Below, piece after piece: positions 8,672-14,616 of a stretch of 26,880 nt of DNA; position 1 is the stretch's first letter; each line of letters opens with the position of its first letter. The translations under genes were made by a program, and so were the position numbers. The stretch spans positions 1 through 26,880 of IMG/VR virus record IMGVR_UViG_3300049201_000036; one strand, given 5' to 3'. The notes under the pieces are model-generated. The model saw nothing but the letters and a program-made list of their open reading frames with translations, was not told the DNA's origin and searched no databases. Source of the stretch: a virus (taxonomy: Duplodnaviria; Caudoviricetes).

Positions 8672-8929
8672 ACGGAGCGATTGGCCCACTTGCCACGCAC
8701 GCCGGACGCTTGGCGGCAAGCTTGCCAGCTCCGACTCGTCGTAGTCGTCGAAGATGCCGATGCAGGCGTCTGCCGCGCGAAGCTTGGCAACTAGCTTGCG
8801 CACCTCTTCCGGCTCTCTCTTTAGGTCGTCGGCCGTGCAGACGGCGGCCAGCTTGGCGATCCGGCGGGGATGGGTCGCCGGAATGTTGTCCCGGCCAGGT
8901 GGCATTTTCGATGTATCTATGTTGTTCAT
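8666..8929 (-). CDS. Hypothetical cassette protein (87 aa)
   Basis: TAA stop in GTTAGGC; fills the F-G interval. Confidence 0.75.
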   Translation of the reverse strand: MNNIDTSKMPPGRDNIPATHPRRIAKLAAVCTADDLKREPEEVRKLVAKLRAADACIGIFDDYDESELASLPPSVRRAWQVGQSLRA

Positions 8930-8945
8930 ACGAAATAAAAAGGGT

Positions 8946-9002
8946 GCCTAACCTGACGCCTATCCCAACGAGCTGCGCTCGTGGGATGCCTCGGTGTTCA
9001 GC
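8946..9002 (+). repeat. attC-like site G (57 bp)
   Basis: GCCTAAC-ctgac-gcc(t)atccca(a)cgagc-tgc-gctcgtgggatgcc-tcggt-GTTCAGC; two extrahelical bases. Confidence 0.92.
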
Positions 9003-9243
9003 CGAGGTCGGCGAGGAGCGTCCGGCCATCGTTGGCCAGCGCGAAGCACGCACAGGTTTCGCCGGTCATGTGTCCGTCATCGTCCACGACTTCGCATTCG
9101 CTCACGTATTCGATGAGGCCCACGTCTTCGAGCTGCTTGCAGTGCTGGTAGGTGTCGCCTTTCGCGGCGAGCCCGTCGTGGCCCTGCGATTGAGCGCGGG
9201 CGATGTTTTTCAGAAGCGTGATGTCACTTGGATGTAGTTTCAT
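8998..9243 (-). CDS. Hypothetical cassette protein, winged-helix-like (81 aa)
   Basis: Pattern LLKNI...CKQLEDVGLIE...FALANDGRTLL resembles a wHTH; TGA stop in GTTCAGC. Confidence 0.7.
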   Translation of the reverse strand: MKLHPSDITLLKNIARAQSQGHDGLAAKGDTYQHCKQLEDVGLIEYVSECEVVDDDGHMTGETCACFALANDGRTLLADLG

Positions 9244-9258
9244 TTTCGTGGCGTTTTT

Positions 9259-9352
9259 GCTGAACTAGACGCCGATCCCAACACGGGCCGTCGGCTGCAT
9301 TTGTTATTCGTGGGCCGGAGAGAGGCCCGTGTTGGATGCCTCGGTGTTCTCC
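9259..9352 (+). repeat. attC-like site H (94 bp)
   Basis: GCTGAAC-tagac-gccgatcccaacacgggcc / ggcccgtgttggatgcc-tcggt-GTTCTCC. Confidence 0.92.
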
Positions 9353-10188
9353 TAAAAGCCGGTATCGAAGCAGCCGCAGGGCATTGGCCACGCGTCCACA
9401 TCCTCCAGCAGCTTCATTTGCGCCTTGTCGGCCTTCACCAGATCTTCCCATGACCAGTGCCGCCCGAGGCCCTTCACCGTCGTCGCGGCGGTGGCGTTTC
9501 TTTCCATCTCCACGGCTCGCGCGAAGAGGTCCGGGTTATTCTTCGCCAGCTCGATCACGTCCACCTTGCGCGAAGCCGGGCAGTAGAAGCATGCGCTCTT
9601 TGCCGGCGTGAAGCCGGCTTTGCTCACGACGCGTTCGCACCAGACGCGATCCCAGCCCCAGTGGACCAGCGGATACTGGACCACGAATTTCTTGTCGTCG
9701 TAGTCCTTGAGCCGATGAGTCTCATTCACGTCGTAGCCGATGAGCTTCACGACCTTCCCACCTGCGGCCCACGCATCGAGCGCGGGTTGCCACTTGGCGA
9801 GGTAGCGATTTTGCGGCCGCACCTTGTATTTGTCGGAGCAGGATCGGAAGCCGAACGCCAGAGAGGGCAGCGTGTTCGCGGCGCGCACTTCTGCTTCCAG
9901 CGTGGTCCGGCCGTCCTTCACGATGGTTACGGGCGGCAGGCCCTTCATCACGAGCCACGCCGAGAAGGCGTGCACGAATTCGTAGGTCTCGGGCCTCTCA
10001 CCTCCAGTGTCGGAGAAGAGGATTAGATCGGGGACGACGTGGCGCACCGCTGCCATTTCGATGAGCATGGCGGCGCTATTGGTTCCGCCCCCGAAAGAGA
10101 CCACGATGGGCCATTTTACGGAGGGAGAACCGGCCGCCTCAGACAAGCCGGCTACGGTCCGGCCGGCGGGAGCTTTGAGGGTATTCAT
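9352..10188 (-). CDS. PAPS-reductase-like / PP-loop adenine nucleotide alpha-hydrolase protein carried as a cassette
   Basis: IVVSFGGGTNSAAM PP-loop, FSDTGGERPETY, CSDKYK, YPL and KSACFYCP Cys motif. Confidence 0.85.
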   Translation of the reverse strand: MNTLKAPAGRTVAGLSEAAGSPSVKWPIVVSFGGGTNSAAMLIEMAAVRHVVPDLILFSDTGGERPETYEFVHAFSAWLVMKGLPPVTIVKDGRTTLEAEVRAANTLPSLAFGFRSCSDKYKVRPQNRYLAKWQPALDAWAAGGKVVKLIGYDVNETHRLKDYDDKKFVVQYPLVHWGWDRVWCERVVSKAGFTPAKSACFYCPASRKVDVIELAKNNPDLFARAVEMERNATAATTVKGLGRHWSWEDLVKADKAQMKLLEDVDAWPMPCGCFDTGF

Positions 10189-10245
10189 TGGTTGGTTACG
10201 CTGTCGTTAGATTAGGGGGCCGGCTGTCTGGCCTCGGTGTTGTGC
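10124..10245 (+). repeat. attC-like site I (122 bp)
   Basis: GGAGAAC-cggcc-gcc(t)cagaca(a)gccggc / gccggctgtctggcc-tcggt-GTTGTGC; contains one start codon and one stop codon. Confidence 0.9.
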
Positions 10246-10421
10246 GGAAGATAAAGGGTGGTCCAGTAGTGGCCGCATTCCGCATGCTGAAGCGCTGTAA
10301 GTGTCTCCCATCCTTCGTTGAAGAGACGTGCCATTATCGCGATACCGGCTCGCGCGCTGCCGTGCGTGAAGATGATCTCCATCGTGCGGGCTGGGAGTTT
10401 ATCTTGTTCGGTGAGTTGCAT
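10212..10421 (-). CDS. Hypothetical cassette protein (69 aa)
   Basis: Fills the I-J interval; C-terminus HNTEARQPAP is read from site I. Confidence 0.65.
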   Translation of the reverse strand: MQLTEQDKLPARTMEIIFTHGSARAGIAIMARLFNEGWETLTALQHAECGHYWTTLYLPHNTEARQPAP

Positions 10422-10438
10422 GCTGAGTTAAGTTTTCA

Positions 10439-10498
10439 GCCTAACCAGACGGCCTGTCGCAACGTGGCTACGCCCCGCGCGACGCCTCGGTGTTAAAA
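10439..10498 (+). repeat. attC-like site J (60 bp), sister of site B
   Basis: GCCTAAC...gtcgc...gcgacgcctcggt-GTTAAAA; its 29 bp ending in GTT are identical to site B. Confidence 0.85.
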
Positions 10499-11434
10499 CG
10501 CATTCCTGCGCTGCATGATCGGGTCGTCGGGCGACATGCCCGGGTATTCGCGGGACGTGCCGTGGCCGTGGGCTTTCGCGATGTCGCAGCGGGCCCAGTG
10601 CCGGGCCAAGGCCGGCGCAGTCAGGGCGGCGCCGTCGAAGTGCGTGTGGTAGTTCGCGGCACGTCGGGCGATTTCGAACGGCGTCAGGTCGGGCGAGACC
10701 TTGACGATCTTGGCAAGGGACACGCCGACAGCTCGTGCGGTGTCGGCGGTCAGCTGGGACGGCGCGCCGTCTGTGGCCTCGGCAAGGGCGTCGAAGAGCG
10801 GGTTGCGGTCGCGGGTTCTGGGCGGCGTTGCGGCGGGCGTGGCAGGGGCAGGGGCAGGCGGCGGAGGCGGGGTTGGCTCAGGTGCGGCGGGAGGCACCGC
10901 GAAAAGCTCTGCGGCCTCGCCCCCATCCGGTGCCCCGGCAGGGGCGGCGGAAGATTGATTCCCTTTCTCCTTCCTTTCCCCTTCTCCTTCCCTTTCCCCT
11001 TCCGCTTTCGCAAAAATAACCGACGTTGGTTTCTCTTGGGTTATGCCGTGGGTTATCTCGTGGGGGCCAACGTTGGGTCCCACGTTGGCCCCGGTATTGG
11101 TTTTTTCAGGACGGCCACCACGCAGGCCGTTCTTGCGGGCAACCTCGCGCCGAGTCTTCACCTCGTTCTCTTTTTCTCCGGGGTAAAAGCCGACGATCAG
11201 GTCGTCGCCATCCCACTTCCAGAGGCCGCAAGAGACCGAGACCTCGCGCAGGGTGACGCGGGCGAGCTGCTGCCACTGGCGATCCTTCCAAGTGCGTCCG
11301 CCGACGATGCGGCCGGAGTTCTCTTGGCCGATACAGAAGCGGAGCAGGCAGAGCCAGGTCGAGCGCTCGACGGGTGATGAGCCGACGAACTCGGGGGAGT
11401 CGAGGGTGGATGTGTGAAGATTAAGCCAGTCCAT
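10493..11434 (-). CDS. Phage replication initiator-like protein
   Basis: MDWLNLH N-domain, RKNGLRGGRP, repeat-rich linker, EGEREGEGE tract and helical C-domain ending LARHW; upstream of the DnaC-like gene in the operon. Confidence 0.75.
   Translation of the reverse strand: MDWLNLHTSTLDSPEFVGSSPVERSTWLCLLRFCIGQENSGRIVGGRTWKDRQWQQLARVTLREVSVSCGLWKWDGDDLIVGFYPGEKENEVKTRREVARKNGLRGGRPEKTNTGANVGPNVGPHEITHGITQEKPTSVIFAKAEGEREGEGERKEKGNQSSAAPAGAPDGGEAAELFAVPPAAPEPTPPPPPAPAPATPAATPPRTRDRNPLFDALAEATDGAPSQLTADTARAVGVSLAKIVKVSPDLTPFEIARRAANYHTHFDGAALTAPALARHWARCDIAKAHGHGTSREYPGMSPDDPIMQRRNAF
10960..11092. promoter_or_regulatory. Candidate replication origin inside the initiator gene
   Basis: ~12-bp phased repeats TGGGTTATGCCG / TGGGTTATCTCG, an 11-bp inverted repeat (11063-11073 / 11082-11092) and an adjacent purine/pyrimidine-skewed tract, as in lambdoid O genes. 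Confidence 0.55.
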
Positions 11435-11688
11435 GGCTAGAAAAGAGACTCCGCGCCCCGCGTCCATTTTTGGAAAGACCCTCGAAAGACAAAGGGCGTG
11501 GACGCGGTGGCGCGGGTAATTGGGTGGTGTCTTTCATTTGAACTGAGACTTTTCCGGCGCTTTCCACGCACCGAACCTAAGCCTGAATCGGTCGTAGAAA
11601 TCGGCGCGTGAACTTCAAGCAAGTATTGGTGATATGAATACGTATGTGCGGATTCACTCCGCCATTACGAAAACTTACGGCGGTTAGG

Positions 11689-11898
11689 TTATTTTGAGGC
11701 GATGCAGTCGCCGTCGGTGTTGTAGCCGTCAAAGGCAAAGAAGCAGACAGGGGCGAGTGTGCATCCGTCGCATGTGAACTCGGAAACCTTGCGGCCCTCC
11801 TGCCTCTCGCGCTCCAGTGATTCGTGGCGAAGCTCCGCAAGTTCGTCCGGAGTGCGGGGCGTCTTTAGGTCGGCGAACCTTTCTTCGTCTATGCTCAT
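11689..11898 (-). CDS. Small Cys-rich hypothetical protein
   Basis: CDGC-x4-C...C motif; ATGA overlap with the upstream ORF. Confidence 0.7.
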   Translation of the reverse strand: MSIDEERFADLKTPRTPDELAELRHESLERERQEGRKVSEFTCDGCTLAPVCFFAFDGYNTDGDCIASK

Positions 11899-12251
11899 GT
11901 CGGCATTTGAGCGTCTGCGCGGCCGGCGTGGTAGGCATCCACGACAGCGGACGCCTTGCCGACTTCGTGAGCGATGAGCGCGGGCGACGTTGAGCCGTGG
12001 TGTGGGGCGGCCTTTTCAGTGATCCACCACAGGACATGGTCACAGTCGCCGCTTTCCGTCAGTGCATCCTTCACATCCTGAGGCGCGCCCAACTTATCCA
12101 GCGCGGCAAGCAGGGTGTTGGTTAGGTTGCTGAGAAGGACGATGGTCGTTTTGCTAATCGGTGCCGGAGTAAATCCGGCGTCATAAAGTCCAGCATTTAG
12201 GACTCTCTGGGTTTCGGGGGCATGCGGTCCTAGTTTGTTTGTGGTGTTCAT
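11895..12251 (-). CDS. Hypothetical protein (118 aa)
   Basis: ATGA overlaps at both ends. Confidence 0.65.
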   Translation of the reverse strand: MNTTNKLGPHAPETQRVLNAGLYDAGFTPAPISKTTIVLLSNLTNTLLAALDKLGAPQDVKDALTESGDCDHVLWWITEKAAPHHGSTSPALIAHEVGKASAVVDAYHAGRADAQMPT

Positions 12252-12538
12252 GGGTGGTTTGGAAAAAACGTCGGCAACTCAGTGCACGGCGGCGTGAGGT
12301 AAGCATCTCGCCACGCCTCCACGTCCCATTGGTAGAGCGGAAGCGCTAGGTCCACGGTGCGGAGTTCGTCGCGGTCCTCACGGATCATTGGAATCCGCGG
12401 AAGCAGGATCGTCGCAATGATAGGCGCTGGCCTACGGCGTGGCTTGCTGACCTTCGGTGCGGCCGGCTTCCGCTTTTCAACGTGGCGGCCATACCAGTGC
12501 GCCGTGACCTTGCGGCCTTGATAGATGATGCGCCTCAT
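12248..12538 (-). CDS. Hypothetical basic protein (96 aa)
   Basis: Operon position and stop/start overlap. Confidence 0.6.
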   Translation of the reverse strand: MRRIIYQGRKVTAHWYGRHVEKRKPAAPKVSKPRRRPAPIIATILLPRIPMIREDRDELRTVDLALPLYQWDVEAWRDAYLTPPCTELPTFFPNHP

Positions 12539-12551
12539 AATCGGGTCGGTG

Positions 12552-13010
12552 TTACGGGAAAATTTCCTGCGTGGCCCAAGTTCCCGCGCGCCTGTCGCGC
12601 CAAACGAGAACGAAGCGAATGAAGGGAAAGAGGCGGGCTGCGACCTTGAGCTTCACCGCGGCGTCGTCGCGCATGTGGCCCTTGACCTCGTAGGCGGTGA
12701 GCCGCGATGAGCCGGCGGGGTCAGCGACCATGAAATCCGGATTGTAGCGCACGCCGTTGCCGAGCTTCAGGGCCATCGGCTCGCGTTCGATCCACGCGCC
12801 CGGATGCGTGGCCTTGAGGTGCGCAAAAAACAGCGCCTCGGTTTTGTTCATGCCGGCGCCGGACTGCCGGAGCATCACGCGGCCCTCCGCCGGGTGGTCT
12901 GGCCGAACCGCGACCGAATCGGCCGCTCGCGCACCGCCACCCAGCGTCGCCGCGATCTGCGCGCGGTATCGCTCGGGCAACGACGCGGGGTCTATTCGGG
13001 TCCGGCTCAT
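12552..13010 (-). CDS. PD-(D/E)XK nuclease, DUF1064-like
   Basis: MNKTEA, RYNPDF, AYEVKG and VKLKVAA motifs; start placed at ATG 13010. Confidence 0.8.
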   Translation of the reverse strand: MSRTRIDPASLPERYRAQIAATLGGGARAADSVAVRPDHPAEGRVMLRQSGAGMNKTEALFFAHLKATHPGAWIEREPMALKLGNGVRYNPDFMVADPAGSSRLTAYEVKGHMRDDAAVKLKVAARLFPFIRFVLVWRDRRAGTWATQEIFP

Positions 13011-13049
13011 GTTATCCGACGCTGTGTCGCTCAATCACTTGTTCGCTAC
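13005..13049 (+). repeat. attI-like site 2 (40-bp repeat copy 2 plus R box GTTCGCTAC)
   Basis: GCTCATGTTATCCGACGCTGTGTCGCTCAATCACTTGTTC; heads array 3. Confidence 0.7.
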
Positions 13050-13210
13050 TCGAGTTTCGTCACCAGATGGATGACTTCGGGTGTCGATGAGTTGTCGTAG
13101 GTGGCGACGCGCTGGATTGGCACGGACACTTCGCCGCAGACCCATTCGACCACTACTTCGGGGTCGCCGGGGAATGTATTCAGAATCTGGATGAGTTCGT
13201 TTTTAGTCAT
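13046..13210 (-). CDS. Hypothetical cassette protein (MTKNELIQILNTFPGDPEV...)
   Basis: Common phage small-protein N-terminal pattern; fills the cassette. Confidence 0.7.
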   Translation of the reverse strand: MTKNELIQILNTFPGDPEVVVEWVCGEVSVPIQRVATYDNSSTPEVIHLVTKLE

Positions 13211-13228
13211 AGGTTTCGTTGCGTTTGT

Positions 13229-13342
13229 AGCGAACCAAACGGTGGAGAAGCAACGCTCGGGGCTCAGGGGTTTTCGTGGCTTGGTCCAACGCTCGGGGCT
13301 CGCTGATCGCTCGCCCGAGCGTGTCTCACCTCGGTGTTCAGC
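13229..13342 (+). repeat. attC-like site M (114 bp)
   Basis: AGCGAAC-caaac-ggtggaga..caacgctcggg / cccgagcgtgtctcacc-tcggt-GTTCAGC. Confidence 0.88.
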
Positions 13343-13569
13343 TTGAAGATTCGCCGCCACATGGAGGGCCTAGATTTTTCATTCACGCGCACCGCGATCC
13401 TGCGCCGAAGCTCCGGGGCGTTGGCGTTCCGTATCTCATCGAGTTGCTTATTAGCCCAGTTCTCGCAGTCGGAGCACACGTCCTTGACGGTCGCCGTTTG
13501 GTAGCACGAGCGCAGGTCTGCCATGCTGCTGGCGGGTTGTTGTTTGCCGCATATATCGCATTTAGCCAT
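13264..13569 (-). CDS. Zinc-finger-like cassette protein
   Basis: CDIC...CSDC motifs; C-terminus is read from site M. Confidence 0.75.
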   Translation of the reverse strand: MAKCDICGKQQPASSMADLRSCYQTATVKDVCSDCENWANKQLDEIRNANAPELRRRIAVRVNEKSRPSMWRRIFKLNTEVRHARASDQRAPSVGPSHENP

Positions 13570-13595
13570 TTTGGTATTCGGTTGGTGGTTACGGA

Positions 13596-13689
13596 GCTGA
13601 ACCAGGCGTCGCAGAGAACCCGGCTAAGCGTGGCAGGTAGGCGTAGGGTTTAGGTGGTCGGGCCGGGTTCTCTGGCCTCGGTGTTCAGC
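13596..13689 (+). repeat. attC-like site N (94 bp)
   Basis: GCTGAAC-caggc-gtc(g)cagagaacccggc / gccgggttctctggcc-tcggt-GTTCAGC. Confidence 0.93.
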
Positions 13690-13881
13690 CTATAGCTCAG
13701 GGAGCGCGGCCACCTGCTCCTCGGTCATTTGTCGGGCTTCGATGGTGATGCTCTCGGCCTCGGGGTTTTCGTTGAGCCAGTTGGTGACGCCCGCGATGAC
13801 GGCGTTTTTGTCGTCGGTGACAGTGCGCGAAACTCCGTCCGCCATCTCGGCGGGGAGGACATAGTAGGTTTTCGTTTTCAT
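13690..13881 (-). CDS. Hypothetical acidic cassette protein (63 aa)
   Basis: MKTKTYYV...MTEEQVAALPEL fills the N-O interval. Confidence 0.7.
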   Translation of the reverse strand: MKTKTYYVLPAEMADGVSRTVTDDKNAVIAGVTNWLNENPEAESITIEARQMTEEQVAALPEL

Positions 13882-13902
13882 GGGATATTGTTGGTGTTCG
13901 AG

Positions 13903-13962
13903 GCTGAACCGGGCGGCGGAGGACGACGGCGCTAAGCGCCGCGCCTCACCTCGGTGTTCAGA
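13903..13962 (+). repeat. attC-like site O (60 bp)
   Basis: GCTGAAC-cgggc-ggcggaggacgacggcgct-a-agcgccgcgcctcacc-tcggt-GTTCAGA. Confidence 0.9.
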
Positions 13963-14111
13963 CTGCTTCGTGGCGCCTGCCAATCGAGGCGGGCGGCTGT
14001 GTCTTTCGCGGCCTTGAGGATCTCGACGTAACCCGTGCGTGGGTCGCGGTGCTTGCCGCGCAATGGGCTGAGCTTTCCGCACGCGGGCTTGGTGAAGAGG
14101 GGCTTGGTCAT
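13932..14111 (-). CDS. Hypothetical protein reading into site O
   Basis: ATG 14111 overlaps the upstream stop; ends LNTEVRRGA. Confidence 0.55.
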   Translation of the reverse strand: MTKPLFTKPACGKLSPLRGKHRDPRTGYVEILKAAKDTAARLDWQAPRSSLNTEVRRGA

Positions 14112-14296
14112 GCCACCGCTCCCTTCTCCGCGCGCTTGGCCCGGATGAGCGCAGTTGCGCGGTCGATGTCGCCCTTCGTGACTAATACGATGCGGTGCGC
14201 CTTGGTGCCGGTGCTGCATGCCACGGTCCGAAGCGAATCCCAAATCACCTCGCTCAGCTCGGCGTCGGTCAGTTGGTCTAGGGTGTCGGTGCTCAT
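14108..14296 (-). CDS. Hypothetical protein (62 aa)
   Basis: MSTDTLDQLTDAELSE..., GGGAGG RBS and ATGA overlaps. Confidence 0.65.
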   Translation of the reverse strand: MSTDTLDQLTDAELSEVIWDSLRTVACSTGTKAHRIVLVTKGDIDRATALIRAKRAEKGAVA

Positions 14297-14616
14297 ATTG
14301 AAGCCCTCCCGAAGATCCGGACCGCGCGTGACACCGTTGAGCGTGCGACTCCGAAAAGTGCGGCCGTGTCTTCGTGCGAGCGGCCCTTTGCGGCCTTCGC
14401 GATTTTCTCGAGGTCGATGCGAATCTTTGCCGGCACCATGTTGTTCAGCCGGCACGATCTGCGGACGAGGAACGGCGAGACGCCGAAGCGCTCGACGGTC
14501 GCGCTTGTGCCCTCGCGTGCGGCGAACTTGGCCAGCATGCGCGTCTCTTCTTTGGTGAGCCGGCGGAATATGTTTTTCCCGCCGTTGTCTCGGGTGGGTG
14601 CGTTGAGGCGTTTCAT
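14293..14616 (-). CDS. Helix-turn-helix DNA-binding protein
   Basis: SHEDTAALFGVARSTVSRAV HTH plus a second HTH-like segment. Confidence 0.75.
   Translation of the reverse strand: MKRLNAPTRDNGGKNIFRRLTKEETRMLAKFAAREGTSATVERFGVSPFLVRRSCRLNNMVPAKIRIDLEKIAKAAKGRSHEDTAALFGVARSTVSRAVRIFGRASI

Larger units (their letters stand above)
7631..10498 (+). mobile_element. Integron-like cassette array 2 (six cassettes) between the DnaC-like gene and the replication initiator
   Basis: attI-like site followed by attC-like sites E, F, G, H, I and J with one ORF per interval; 5 of 6 cassettes have exactly complementary end boxes. Confidence 0.9.
13005..13962 (+). mobile_element. Integron-like cassette array 3 (three cassettes)
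   Basis: attI-like site 2 followed by attC-like sites M, N and O; cassette ends are complementary over 9, 8 and 9 bp. Confidence 0.9.

Noticed and set aside
5749-13962. Repeats as a CRISPR array, REP elements or intrinsic terminators
   Set aside because: Units vary in length, are separated by whole genes and lack U tracts, and their ends are complementary across cassettes; no cas genes are present.
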